Assembly (NCBI GenBank): GCA_963841085.1 | Contig: CAWJBF010000009.1 | Coordinates: 298,669-362,668 of the forward strand | DNA from: an uncultured Chloroflexia bacterium | GTDB lineage: Bacteria > Chloroflexota > Anaerolineae > Aggregatilineales > Phototrophicaceae | Direction of reading: 5' to 3' | DNA: 64,000 bases | In this document: positions 39,418 through 50,238 of the stretch, one piece after another | Position numbering within the stretch: position 1 is the stretch's first letter | Layout: every line of letters starts with the position of its first letter | The notes under the pieces: generated by a model | The model's database searches: none | Told to the model about the DNA's origin: nothing | Seen by the model: the letters and a program-made list of their open reading frames with translations, nothing else | Program-made: the position numbers and the translations under genes

Positions 39418-40923
39418 TTACAGCGCGTAAATCTCGCCGTACTTGGCCTTGATGTAGTTGATCAGCGGCTCGACGCGCAGTGGGCCGCCCGTTACGCGCT
39501 GAACCAGCTCGGCGGCCGTGTATTTCGACCCATGCTGATAGATATTGTCTTTCAGCCAGCCGTGCAGCGTGCCGAATTGCCCTTGCGCGATCTCAACCGG
39601 TATCTCGGGGTGAGCCTTCAGCGCCGCCTCGAAGAACTGCGCGGCGAACAGATTGCCGAGCGTGTAGCCCTGGAACGCGCCGCCAATCAGCCCGCCGTAC
39701 CAGTGCACGTCCTGCAGCACGCCGTCGCGGTCGTCCGGCGCGACCACGCCCAGATCGCTTTGATAGCGCGCGTTCCACGCTTCCGGCAAATCCTTGATCG
39801 ACAGTGAGCCTTCGAGTAATTGCAGTTCGAGGTCGAAGCGGATCATGACGTGCAGGTTGTAGGTCACTTCATCGGCGTCGGTACGGATGAGTGACGGCTT
39901 GACCTTGTTGATTGCCCGGTAGAACACATCTTCTTCCACGCTGCCGAGTTGCTCGGGGAACACATCTTGCAGCTTCGGATAGTACTGGCTCCAGAATCCC
40001 CGGCTGCGGCCGACCTGATTCTCCCACGTGCGCGACTGGCTCTCGTGAATGCCCGATGACGTGCCGCCGCCCAGCGGCGTGCCGTCGTAGGCGGGGTTCG
40101 TGCCCTGCTCGTACATAGCGTGGCCCGCTTCGTGCAGCGTGCTGAACAAGCCATCGCCCAGATCATCCTCTTTGACGCGGGTGGTGATGCGGCAGTCGCC
40201 CCAGGCGAAGCGCGTCATGAATGGGTGGTGCGTTTTATCCTGGCGGCCCCGGTTGAAGTCGTAACCGTAGGCGCGAATGACATCGACGCCAAAGGCCAAC
40301 TGCTGCGCTTCGGGGTAGTGCTGGCGCAGCACCGAATCATCGACTTCCGGCTGCTCGCTGATGGCGCGCACAATTGGCACCAACTGTTCGCGCAGTTCCG
40401 CAAACACGGCCCGCACCAGCGTCGCGTTCATGCCGTAGTCGCTGAAGTCGATCAGCGGGTCGGCGATATGGCTGTAGCCCGGGAAACACTCAGCAGTGGC
40501 GATGCTGATCTGGCGCGTCTCTTCGAGGTCATCAGCCACGCCAGCGAAGTCGTTGGCCGGCCGCGCTTCGGCCCACTTGTTGTAAAGCATGGCGCTGTGT
40601 TCGCTTATCCGGCTGACCAATTCGGACGGGATTTGGGCTTCGCGCTCGTACTCGCGCCGGGTGACGCGAATAAGGGCGGCATCATCGTTGCCGTAAGGCA
40701 AGCTTTCCTCATACGGACGCAGTTCATCGAGCAGATGGCCCACGGCAGCCGACGTGAACTTCTCGTGCGACAGGCGTTGGAGTGTCGATAATGCGCGGCC
40801 ACGGGCTGGCGCGCCGCCCGGCGGCATGTAGGTAGACATGTCCCAGTGCAGAACGGCCGTCGCGCTGTTGAGGTCGGCCACTTCGTGCAAACGCTGCTTA
40901 AGCTCGTTGAGTTTGGCTTCCAT
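39418..40923 (-). CDS. Carboxypeptidase Taq (peptidase M32)
   Basis: HPF, HEAGHA.YEQ, IHESQS, IRTDADE, QDVHW. Confidence 0.96.
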   Translation of the reverse strand: MEAKLNELKQRLHEVADLNSATAVLHWDMSTYMPPGGAPARGRALSTLQRLSHEKFTSAAVGHLLDELRPYEESLPYGNDDAALIRVTRREYEREAQIPSELVSRISEHSAMLYNKWAEARPANDFAGVADDLEETRQISIATAECFPGYSHIADPLIDFSDYGMNATLVRAVFAELREQLVPIVRAISEQPEVDDSVLRQHYPEAQQLAFGVDVIRAYGYDFNRGRQDKTHHPFMTRFAWGDCRITTRVKEDDLGDGLFSTLHEAGHAMYEQGTNPAYDGTPLGGGTSSGIHESQSRTWENQVGRSRGFWSQYYPKLQDVFPEQLGSVEEDVFYRAINKVKPSLIRTDADEVTYNLHVMIRFDLELQLLEGSLSIKDLPEAWNARYQSDLGVVAPDDRDGVLQDVHWYGGLIGGAFQGYTLGNLFAAQFFEAALKAHPEIPVEIAQGQFGTLHGWLKDNIYQHGSKYTAAELVQRVTGGPLRVEPLINYIKAKYGEIYAL

Positions 40924-41008
40924 ATCCGCCTCCGGCAGAATCACATCAAGTTCCGATAAACTATACAGCAGCAGGCGCATTCCAGTTCAATCCACCGCCA
41001 GGGGGACG

Positions 41009-41479
41009 ATGATCATGGCCAATATTGCGGCGCTGCCCGATCCGCAGGCGTATATGGAACAGGTATGGGAGATCGTGCGCCAGGTGCCGCCGGGTGAAGT
41101 GACGACCTTCGGCCAGATCGCCAGTATGATCCCGCCGCCTGCTGGCGTGGATGAGCGCGATTACGACAAGCTGGCCCCGCGCTTCGTTGGCGATGCCATG
41201 AACGCGGTGTCGTGGCGCGATGAAGCGACCGTGCCCTGGCACCGCGTCATTAACGGCAAAGGGGGCATCAGCCTGCCACCGGAGAGCAAATCGGCGGCGC
41301 TGCAGCGGGCACGCCTGCGCCACGAGGGAACGCTGGACGGCGATTCGGAAATCGTCGATCTCGCGCGGCTGGGTTGGGAAGGCCCACCCGCTGCGTGGCT
41401 GACCGAACATGGTCTGAATGTGCCGAAACCGCTGCGCCGCCCGCCGGATAATCGGCCAACGCAGTTGGCGCTATTTTGA
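41009..41479 (+). CDS. Alkyltransferase-like (ATL) protein, MGMT family
   Basis: VRQVPPGEVTTFGQIA; VPWHRV (Trp in place of the catalytic Cys). Confidence 0.88.
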   Translation: MIMANIAALPDPQAYMEQVWEIVRQVPPGEVTTFGQIASMIPPPAGVDERDYDKLAPRFVGDAMNAVSWRDEATVPWHRVINGKGGISLPPESKSAALQRARLRHEGTLDGDSEIVDLARLGWEGPPAAWLTEHGLNVPKPLRRPPDNRPTQLALF

Positions 41480-41514
41480 AGTGGCACATCCGAAGGACTG
41501 ATTGAACCGCAAAG

Positions 41515-41924
41515 CATACAAACCTCAACCCCCAACCCCCTCATCCACGCGCGGGGAGAGAGGTGACTTGTTGTGAGCCTTTGGCGGAGCCAGACAGCGA
41601 GACAGAGAATCGAAGCTAACAGACATCCTCTGAGGGGAAAACGAACCGGACAGCCGGACAGAATACAGGACACTGGATGCACAGCGGCGGGGCAAGCTGG
41701 TTCGCTATCGTCCTGCATGGCAATGGGGCACGGTTCCATCGTAGCATGGGTGCGCTCCGTGCAGGCGACGTTGTGGTGGATCGGGTGGTCACGGATAAGC
41801 GGGGTGCGGGGCATCAACGGTGCGCCCGCCTCCTTCCCATGTTTAGGGAAGTGGCCGGGCGTGATGCAGGAGGGCTTGGGGGTGTGGTTGGTACGCGATG
41901 CCCAATTTTGATGCGATAGCCCCG
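41515..41924. mobile_element. ISAs1-like MITE, copy B (inverted; left terminus truncated)
   Basis: Colinear with the reverse complement of copies A and C; right IR ttttgatgcgatagccccg; outer part of the left IR and the target duplication are missing. Confidence 0.85.
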
Positions 41925-41943
41925 GATAAGCGTATGGCTGAGG

Positions 41944-41972
41944 TTGACCGCGTGCAGTGTGTAACATATACT
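41944..41972 (+). promoter_or_regulatory. sigma70 promoter of the ABC-F leader
   Basis: TTGACC-N17-TATACT. Confidence 0.8.
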
Positions 41973-42049
41973 GTTGAGTGGCCCGGCTGCACACGTTCTG
42001 AACCTCTGCGCCCCCGAGTTTTTCAACCGCCTGAGTGAAGTGAGTGGAC

Positions 42050-42175
42050 ATGCGCACCAGCACCCGTCAACTGTTCCGATAGTTCTGCGGACTGACCTGC
42101 TGCACTGCGCTGGCTGATCGATCAGCCTTGATAGAGTGCCGCTGTGGGCCTGTCCCGCGGCGGCACTCTTGATTC
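42050..42175 (+). promoter_or_regulatory. Putative attenuator: leader peptide MRTSTRQLFR* (42050-42082) plus a strong hairpin (42133-42169)
   Basis: uORF in a ~270-nt leader; hairpin agagtgccgctgtggg/cccgcggcggcactct followed by tgatt. Confidence 0.6.
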
Positions 42176-42251
42176 GCATCCAGAGCGCCGCGCCGTTGGA
42201 GTTTGTTCTCCATCGCTCTTACTCTCGACTGCACGCTCAGGCGGATTCCCC

Positions 42252-43938
42252 ATGTTGTTTTCCATGCAAGACATCAGCAAGACCTACGACTATCGCGCCA
42301 TCCTCGATGCGGCTGCGCTGTCATTGGCACGCGGCGACCGGATCGGATCTGGTCGGCGCTAACGGCGCGGGCAAATCGACCCTACTCAAGATCATCGCAG
42401 GCGTGCTGGAAGCGGATCGCGGCGTCCGCACGATTGCAGTGGGCGTGCGTTTGGGCTATCTGGCGCAGGGGCCGGATGATGACGGCACAGATACGATTGA
42501 TGAGGTGATTGCCTCGGCGCTCGCTTCCGTTCGTGCGCTTGAAACCCGGATGCGCACACTGGAGATGGCGTTGCCAACCCTGCAAGGCGATGAACTGGAT
42601 GCGGCGCTGACCGAGTATGGCGATATAAGCGATCACTTCGAACGCGCAGGCGGCTATGAGCTGGCGTCCCGCGAGGCGCAGGTGCTGGCCGGTTTGCGGC
42701 TCGATCATCTGCCGCGTGATCGGCGTGCCAGCACGCTCTCAGGCGGCGAACGGGCGCGGCTGGGGCTGGCGGCCCTGCTGCTGCAAGCGCCCGATGCGCT
42801 GCTGCTCGATGAGCCGACCAATCATCTCGATCAGGCCAGCCTGAACTGGCTGGAAACATATTTGGCTGCGTATGCAGGCGGGGTGGTGATCGTCTCGCAC
42901 GACCGCGAGTTCTTGAACCGCACCGTGAACGCCATCGTCGAAATCGATGAGCATACGCACCAAACGCGGCGCTTCACCGGCGATTATGACACCTACGCCA
43001 TGGCCAAAACGCGCGAACGAGCGCAGTGGGCAGCGGACTATGCGCGCGAACAGGACGAAATCCGCGCGCTGCGGCTGGAGATGAAGGAGACGGCGCGCCG
43101 CAACAGCTTCAAGCCGCCAACCGATAACGACAAGTTCGTTGTTTACATCAAGAAGCAAACGCATGCCGCAACCGTTTCCAAGAATGTGCGCGCCGCCGCC
43201 GAGAAGCTCAGCCGAATCGAAGACAACCCGATTCCGAAGCCACCCAAGGATCTGCGCTTTGGCGCGGACTTCGACCCGGAAGCATTGGCAGGCCGCCTGC
43301 CCCTGACAGTCAGCAACCTGCATAAGGCCTATGGTGAGCGCGTGATTTTGAACGGCGTGTCGCTGGCGCTGGGCGCGCGCGGCCGGATGGTGTTGGTGGG
43401 GCCGAACGGCAGCGGCAAGTCGACCTTGCTGCGCCTGCTGGCTGGCACTGAAGCGGCAGATGCTGGCGAACGAATGCTGCATCCCGCCGCGCGCATCGGC
43501 TATCTCGATCAGGATGGCGCCGCGCTCGACCCCGCGCAAACAGTATTTGAGGCCTATCGCGCCGAACTCGACGGCCCGGATCAGGTGTGGAAATCGACCC
43601 TGATCGAGAGCGGCATGTTCCGCTATGACGACCTCGACCTGCGCGTGAGCGCCATTAGCAGCGGCCAGCGACGCAAGCTGCAAATCGCGCGCCTGATCGC
43701 GCAACGGGCAAATCTACTGATTCTGGATGAGCCGACCAACTTCATCAGCTTCGATGTGCTGGAGTCTTTCGAGGCGGCGCTGCGGCTGTTCCCCGGCCCG
43801 GTGATCGCAGCTTCGCACGACCGGCGCTTCATCCGGCAGTTCGGCGGCGACTTGTGGCAGGTGCAAGGCGGGTCGCTGCGCCAGTGGATCGGCACAGCGG
43901 ATGAGTACTTTGCGGCCCTGGAGGCGACTGAGGCATAG
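42252..43938 (+). CDS. ABC-F ribosomal protection protein, TlrC/CarA/OleB/SrmB-like (frameshift near 42345)
   Basis: Two NBDs (GANGAGKS, LSGGE, LDEPTNHLD; GPNGSGKS) and no TM domain; extended linker PTDNDK...SKNVRAAAEKL. Confidence 0.85.
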
Positions 43939-43971
43939 ATTTGAGAACAGCGGTTTAAGCTGCGTTGTTCG

Positions 43972-44514
43972 CTACATTTTGTACTCGTCGATGTAGCTAA
44001 ACAGCGCCGGCACATCGGGCACGAATCCGAGCAGGTCATCCAGCGAAGTACGCAGGAACTGGGCGGCCTGCATATGCTCCAGAAGCGCGCGCAGCGGGTT
44101 GTAGAAGCCGCCCTGATTGAGCACGACCAGCGGTTTAGGCGTGATTTTAAGCTGGCGCAGGCTGAGAATTTCAAACACCTCATCGAGCGTGCCGATGCCG
44201 CCGGGAAGCGCCACGAACGCATCGGCGCGGCTCTCCATCTCCGCCTTGCGCGAGCGCATGTCCCTCGTCACGATCAATTCATCGGCCAGATGATAGGCCT
44301 GTTCGCGGTCAACCAGCGCCTGAGGAATCACGCCGCACACATGTCCGCCGCCGGCGTGGATGCTGCGCGCGATCTCGCCCATCAGCCCGAGATTGCCGCC
44401 GCCGTAGACGAGCGTATCACCACGGGCGGCCATCTGGCTGCCAAGATCGGCGGCGGCGCTGTGAAATTCTGGGTCCAGCGTGATGCTGGCCGAGCAGTAG
44501 ACGCAGATATTCAT
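43972..44514 (-). CDS. LOG family protein (TIGR00730)
   Basis: ICVYCSAS, LVYGGG..GLMG, RK..M, LPGGIGTLDE. Confidence 0.95.
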   Translation of the reverse strand: MNICVYCSASITLDPEFHSAAADLGSQMAARGDTLVYGGGNLGLMGEIARSIHAGGGHVCGVIPQALVDREQAYHLADELIVTRDMRSRKAEMESRADAFVALPGGIGTLDEVFEILSLRQLKITPKPLVVLNQGGFYNPLRALLEHMQAAQFLRTSLDDLLGFVPDVPALFSYIDEYKM

Positions 44515-45014
44515 GTGCGAACCGTTCTCGGCGTAGTCGTCAAGCCCAGCGCGTAGGCCACGTCGGCCGTGTGATCCTTCTGGTGGCGGGCAATGACGCG
44601 AATGTACATGTCAATCGGGATCATGCCGATGACCGGATGACGGCCCACCTTTTCCAGGTCAGCATCTGTCAGCGTATCGAGCCATGCCATCAGTTCGGCG
44701 CGGGTGGCAGCCTGGGCGGCAAGCGCCTCCGGGCCAGTCATCGCGTCGCGCTTTTCGACCGACCGCATGTTGTAGCGATCCACATCGAAATCTTCGGGAA
44801 CGGTACTCACGCCCGTGTTGACGATGGACTGCATCTGCCCAAGCAGGCCTCGTTCGGCCTCGGCAAGATGAATGGCGACCTGGCGAACATTCCATGCTGG
44901 GCCATCGGCATACACCGGCGTATCCCAGCGGCCGTCCGCCTGCCCAAAGACAGAGTCCATTTCGACCTGCGCGGCCACAAGCCGTTTCTTCAAAAACTCC
45001 GTGCGCTCAGACAT
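44511..45014 (-). CDS. DinB-family protein
   Basis: WNVRQVAIHL, GRHP, H..DH. Confidence 0.85.
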   Translation of the reverse strand: MSERTEFLKKRLVAAQVEMDSVFGQADGRWDTPVYADGPAWNVRQVAIHLAEAERGLLGQMQSIVNTGVSTVPEDFDVDRYNMRSVEKRDAMTGPEALAAQAATRAELMAWLDTLTDADLEKVGRHPVIGMIPIDMYIRVIARHQKDHTADVAYALGLTTTPRTVRT

Positions 45015-45021
45015 GAAGACC

Positions 45022-46095
45022 TTACATCTGCACGTAACTGTTTTCGGCCAAAATCAGGCGGTGTACCGATGGGCCACCGCTGGAAGCCGCAACGGTTGAA
45101 TTGTCGGCGATCAGGCTGCTGTCGATGCGGCCGGAAATGCTGCGGATAGTGCAGTCTTTCATGATGATGCTGGCGTCAATTTCGGCGTTCTCAACCACCA
45201 CGTTGTTGCCCAGCGACGTGTAAGGGCCAATGTAGCTGTTCTGAACCGTGACGTTGCGGCCGATAATCACCGGCCCGCGCACGATGCTGTTGACAATGCG
45301 GCTGCCCTCGCCAATTAGTACGCGCGGTGATACGTCTGAGGTGCCCATGATGATGGTGGGATCATCGGGATGCGGTGAGTAGGGTAAATCACCCAGCACC
45401 AGTTGATTGGCATGGATGATCGAGTCCGGCTTGCCGGCGTCGATCCACCACCCCTGCAGGGTGTATGGATGCACTTCGGCGCCGCTGCTGATGACATACT
45501 GGATGGCATCAGTGATTTCCAGCTCGTTGCGCCACGACGGCTTGATATGGTCGATAGCGTCAAAGATCGAGCGGCGGAACAGATATGCGCCGGAAATGGC
45601 GAGGTTGGACGGCGGCTCTTTCGGCTTCTCAACTACGCGGGCGATTTTGCCGTCGATGATCTCGGCCACGCCAAAACGCTGCGGGTCGGGCACTTCGATG
45701 AGGGCGATAGCCAGTTCAGCCGATGAGGCAGGGAAGCCGCGCAGCAGCCCCTCCATCTTGTCCTGAAAGATGTTGTCGCCCAGCAGCACGCAGAACGGCT
45801 CGTCGCCCACGAAGTCGTGGGTGAGGCGAATGGCGTGGGCCAGCCCCTTCTGCTCGCGCTGAACGATGTAATCGAGATGGACGCCATAGTCCGCGCCACT
45901 GCCTAACTGCGCGACGATGGGCGAGTCAAGATCGTTGACGACGATGCCGATTTCTTCCAGCCCAGCGTTGTGCAGCACGTCGATGGCGTAGCCAATCAAC
46001 GGCTTGTTGGCGACGGGGACTAGCGGTTTGGGCATGGTTAGCGTAACGGGGCGCAGGCGCGTGCCCTGCCCGGCTGCCAGAATGACTGCCTTCAT
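45022..46095 (-). CDS. Glucose-1-phosphate thymidylyltransferase, long form
   Basis: LAAGQGTRLRP.T...PKPL, GLAHA, LGDN, EKP, ELEITDA, C-terminal beta-helix. Confidence 0.92.
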   Translation of the reverse strand: MKAVILAAGQGTRLRPVTLTMPKPLVPVANKPLIGYAIDVLHNAGLEEIGIVVNDLDSPIVAQLGSGADYGVHLDYIVQREQKGLAHAIRLTHDFVGDEPFCVLLGDNIFQDKMEGLLRGFPASSAELAIALIEVPDPQRFGVAEIIDGKIARVVEKPKEPPSNLAISGAYLFRRSIFDAIDHIKPSWRNELEITDAIQYVISSGAEVHPYTLQGWWIDAGKPDSIIHANQLVLGDLPYSPHPDDPTIIMGTSDVSPRVLIGEGSRIVNSIVRGPVIIGRNVTVQNSYIGPYTSLGNNVVVENAEIDASIIMKDCTIRSISGRIDSSLIADNSTVAASSGGPSVHRLILAENSYVQM

Positions 46096-46199
46096 AGTGA
46101 GCCTCTTTAAGCGGCGAGCTAACGGTAACGTTTATACACGCGCCAGGATGGATTTGCGAACCGAACGACTTAACCTCACTCCCGGCCATTCTCTATGTA

Positions 46200-46232
46200 A
46201 AAAGGCGGACCACAAGGGGCCCGCCTTCTTTA
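46200..46232 (-). terminator. Intrinsic terminator of the S41 peptidase gene
   Basis: aaggcggcccc...gtccgcc followed by a T-run on the minus strand. Confidence 0.6.
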
Positions 46233-46257
46233 TCGCTCGTGTGACCGAGTTTATTGC

Positions 46258-48643
46258 TTACTCGGCTGCTTCCACGCTGAGCGTGAACGCACCAGCGGAC
46301 GAGTTGTCGTACGTACCGACTTCGATGATGATGGTCTGTCCAGCCGTGAGTTCCAGCCCTTCGATGACCGAGTTGATGGTCACGCCCAGCTCGATATCGT
46401 CGTTCTCGGCCAGCAGGTTGCCGTCGGCGTCATACACGCGCAGGTAGCTGTCGAACTCGCCGTCAGGGTCGGTCACGCTGATGTTGACGGTTACGTCTGT
46501 TTCGGGAGTTCAGCGTGAACTGCACGCGCTCGCCCACATTCAGACCATCAGAAACTCCCGCGCCCACCTCAATGGGGCCGCCGTCAATGATGACCAGCTC
46601 GACCGGTTCACTGCTGATGCCGAGGAGGCTGTTGAGGTGCGACACAGCCGCATTCAGCACCGAGTCGCCACCACCCAGGTCGTTCTGCAGATTGTCGAGC
46701 GTGACCGGTACTTCGACGTTGGGAACGACACCGATGCCCTCGACGATGATTTCACCCTCGGGCGTCACTTCGCGCACAATCGGCATACGTACGTACTGAC
46801 CTTCAGGCATGGCGAAGTCTTCCACGCCGCCACCCAGCCCACCCGTGCTGTAATAACCCACCACGTCCGAGCGGTCAGCAAATGACGCGGTATAGCTGAA
46901 GAATTCGCAGGCACTGGAGCAGTTGGGGCCAACGAGCAGCGCGACTTCACCGCCAAAACGCAGCGATTCGTCCGGCAGGTAGATCACGCCCGGGCGCTCC
47001 TCATCGCGGTAGAACTCACCCTTGTCGGGGTCGAACTGTTCACCGTAGCTGATCACCATCGGCTCGTTGAACAGATAGGCAGCCATCTGATCGGCGAGGA
47101 AGCCACTGCCGCCGCCGTTCTGGCGCATGTCGATGATCAGGCCCGGGATGCCGTTTTCGTTGAGCGTCTGCATCAGGCGCTCCCACAACTGAACGGTGAG
47201 CACTTCATTATCGTCGAAGGCGTTGATGCTGACGTAGCCATAGCCGCTGTCGAGGATCTGGAAATTGACCGGCAGCAAAGCCTGCGGCGCGCCAAAGCGG
47301 AATGACGACACGCTGAAGCTATCGCCCTCGTCGGCCGAGGTGAGCGTCACCGTGGACGGTTCGGCGTCACCTGGATTCTGATAGGTCACTTCCACATCCG
47401 TACCGAGGGGTGCACGAGTCGCGTAGCGAAGCTGCTGAAGGCGCTCATTCTGCTCGATGCTGAAGGGCGCGGAATAGGCAATCGTGCCTGCAACGAACTC
47501 GTCAACTGGCAGGCCGCCAAGCTCGATAATGGACGCTCCCAACTCGATACCGGCTTCATCCGCCGGGCCGCCGGGCGTGAGATAGAAAACGTCTACGCCG
47601 AGAGGCGCGCCGGTTTCATCCTCAATATCGCGGATAGCCATGCCAAGCCCGCCCGATACGGCAGTCTGGAACTCCTGATCTTGCTCGGCGCTGCCGGGAT
47701 AGAAGGCAACGTGGCCGTCAGGAATGCTCCAAAGGAAGCCACGCAGGGCATTCATGTAGGCGCTGGGGTCGTTGTCTTTCTCAGCTTGGGCGAACAGCGG
47801 ACGAAACTCTTCCGTCAGCGCGTCCCAGTCCATACCCTTCTGGTCGGTGAACGGATACTGTTCGCGGAACTTGGCGACCATGGCATCGAAAGCGGCGGCA
47901 TAACCCATGCCCGAGAAGTCATCGAGCGCCGAACCCTCCGGCTCAACCAGGTCGATCACGCTTTCGCGCGAACGGTCGAAGGTGAATGGCGTTGTGTTCA
48001 GGTTGACGACCGTCCAGCCGGCGGGCAGCGTGACAATGGGGTCGTCTTCTGTGAACAGAAGGCCGTCGTCGCCGAAGCCAGACGGGAAACCCTGCTCATC
48101 ATCGGGGGAGTAGACGACGTAGAAACCGCCGTCAACCTCATCCTGCTGGTCTACTTCGCTGCGGAAGTGGGTGCCCGCGTAAGCGGTTGACCAGCCGCCG
48201 CCAAACAGATCGCGCTCTTCGAGGAACGGGTCACCGAAGATGTTGGTCCAGTAGGCGGGGGTGAAGATCTGAACGCCCACGTCTTCCATACCATCATTAT
48301 CCACATCGCTCGGTGTGCCCTGTGGCACCTGCGGCAGCGTGATGCTGAAGCCAACCGGCGAGCTGAAGAAATCGCTGGTCAACTGGCCCATCGTCTGTGA
48401 CGCGAGCGGCATCAGGAAGCCCTTGTCGCGCACGACGAAACCGGCCTGATCTTCGAGGATGACGACGGGTTGAGCCACACCACTGGTGAAGAGCGGGTTG
48501 GTGTAGACCATCACGCCACGGATGACCACGGGGCCACCCTCGTCATTGGTGATTTCGGCGGCGGGCGCATCCTGAGCGAAAGCTGGCAGCGCAAGCACGG
48601 CCAGCGCCATGATTGCCACAAGAGTTAGAAAGCGAACACGCAT
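46258..48643 (-). CDS. Secreted S41 peptidase with PDZ and C-terminal PPC domain (frameshift near 46490)
   Basis: Signal peptide ..PAFAQD; DGH, IIDMRQNGGG, SACE; PPC motif DSYLRVYDADGNLLAENDD in ORF 46258-46476. Confidence 0.85.
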
Positions 48644-48828
48644 AATTTATACTTCTCCTTCAATGCGAAGGCATTGAGTATACGACAAAACGAAACTGTT
48701 CAAGGCGCAGTTGTTAAGAATATTATGAAAAAATCGTTCAGCACAACTCTGCCGAATGGGAGTGACACCAGCGCGCTATTGAACTGGCATTGCCCGATGA
48801 ACAGGCGGAGTCAGTTCGGGCAAGGATT

Positions 48829-50115
48829 TCAACTTTCGATGATGACTATCTCCTGCTTCACATACGCTCGCACCTTCGCCGGCAAATCGTGGTGCACATG
48901 CATCCCGGGGCCAACCTGCGCACCTGGCCCGATCTTCACGCCCGGCATCGTCATCACATCGACGCCGAGAAACGCGCCTTCACCAATGACTGCGCCGAAT
49001 TTGTCGCGGCCGGTGTCGAGCTTGTTGCCTTTCACCGTGCTGAACACATGGCCGTGGTCGATGCGCAGATTGGCCGTCGTGCAGCCCGCCGAGAAGTTGA
49101 CGTGCGGCGCGAACACCGAATCGAGCACGCGGCAGGCATGCATGGCGCAGTGCTCGGCCACGTAGCTGCGCGCCACTTCGGTCGTGAAGCCGACCTCGCT
49201 GCGATCCAGCACCATCGACTGACGCACGAGCGCATTGTTACCAATAACGACGCCCGCGCCCACGTAGGCCGGCCCCACCACCGCCGCGCCCGGGAAAATC
49301 TTCGCGCCCGGCCCGATGAAGACATCGCCCACCAGTGTGGCCGTCGGGGCAATGAATGCCGATTCGTCCACCTGCTGGCCCTTGATCTGACCGAGAAACG
49401 CATTCATCACATCCAGCACATGCCACGGAAACTTGAGCGCCGCCCACGGCCCGCGATAAGGCGAGACCTTGAACACCATCGTCTTCATCAGCGCGTCCAT
49501 GGCGCGCTCGTAGTGGTCATCCGTCGTCAGATCGCGGGCATATTCCACGCGCAAGGCATCGAAAAGCGCGCGGCCACTGGGATACAAATGGATGACAATG
49601 TTGACCAGATTGCTGGGCCGGTTGTCTGCGCCCGGCTTCTCGACAATACCGGTGATGCGCCCTGCCCCGTCGACGACCAGATAGCCGCCCGGAAAATACT
49701 CGTCGCGCTCACTGCCAGCCACAAACGCGGCTTCGCGATCAGCCGCGTGCAGCGCCAGCATGTTCGCGTGTACGGATTCATCGACCACATCGTGGATCTG
49801 GTTAATATAGATCGACTGGTCGGGGTCGAGCACAGGCTCGGCCGCCAGAATCGCGTCGCCCATGCCTTTCGGCTCGGTTTGCACAACCACACGCACGCGC
49901 ATGCCAGTGACGTAGCTCGCCATCGCCGTAATATCGTCGGCGTTCTCCGGATTGCCAACCACCACCGCATCGGTGAATCCCAACGCCGCATATCGTTTGA
50001 GTTGAGCCACCAGCAGCGGTTCGGGGCCGAAGCGCAGCAGCGACTTCTCGCGGATCGGCCACATACGCGATGACGCGCCGCCGGCCAGCACAATCAGAGT
50101 GGGTGTTGAGGCCAT
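48829..50115 (-). CDS. Sugar-phosphate nucleotidyltransferase/acetyltransferase (archaeal-type GlmU-like)
   Basis: LAGGASSRMWP, EKPG, hexapeptide repeats, TANLR, KFGAVIG. Confidence 0.85.
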   Translation of the reverse strand: MASTPTLIVLAGGASSRMWPIREKSLLRFGPEPLLVAQLKRYAALGFTDAVVVGNPENADDITAMASYVTGMRVRVVVQTEPKGMGDAILAAEPVLDPDQSIYINQIHDVVDESVHANMLALHAADREAAFVAGSERDEYFPGGYLVVDGAGRITGIVEKPGADNRPSNLVNIVIHLYPSGRALFDALRVEYARDLTTDDHYERAMDALMKTMVFKVSPYRGPWAALKFPWHVLDVMNAFLGQIKGQQVDESAFIAPTATLVGDVFIGPGAKIFPGAAVVGPAYVGAGVVIGNNALVRQSMVLDRSEVGFTTEVARSYVAEHCAMHACRVLDSVFAPHVNFSAGCTTANLRIDHGHVFSTVKGNKLDTGRDKFGAVIGEGAFLGVDVMTMPGVKIGPGAQVGPGMHVHHDLPAKVRAYVKQEIVIIES

Positions 50116-50190
50116 GTGTAGGCGTCCTTTTCAGTGAACATCACCCCACGTGCGGAGAAAGGCCGGGGGTAAGGCTGGTTTGTTTGCGCC

Positions 50191-50219
50191 AGTATAAATC
50201 AGCCGACTCATAATGGCAC
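50191..50219 (-). promoter_or_regulatory. sigma70-type promoter of the GlmU-like gene
   Basis: GTGCCA-N17-TATACT on the minus strand. Confidence 0.6.
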
Positions 50220-50238
50220 AGGGATGCAGTCTCAGCCT

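Noticed and set aside
41161-42063. Cys/His-rich 300-aa ORF across MITE copy B as a transposase or RiPP precursor
   Set aside because: No DDE motif; the equivalent frame is interrupted by a stop in copy C, and the ORF overlaps the ATL gene in antisense.
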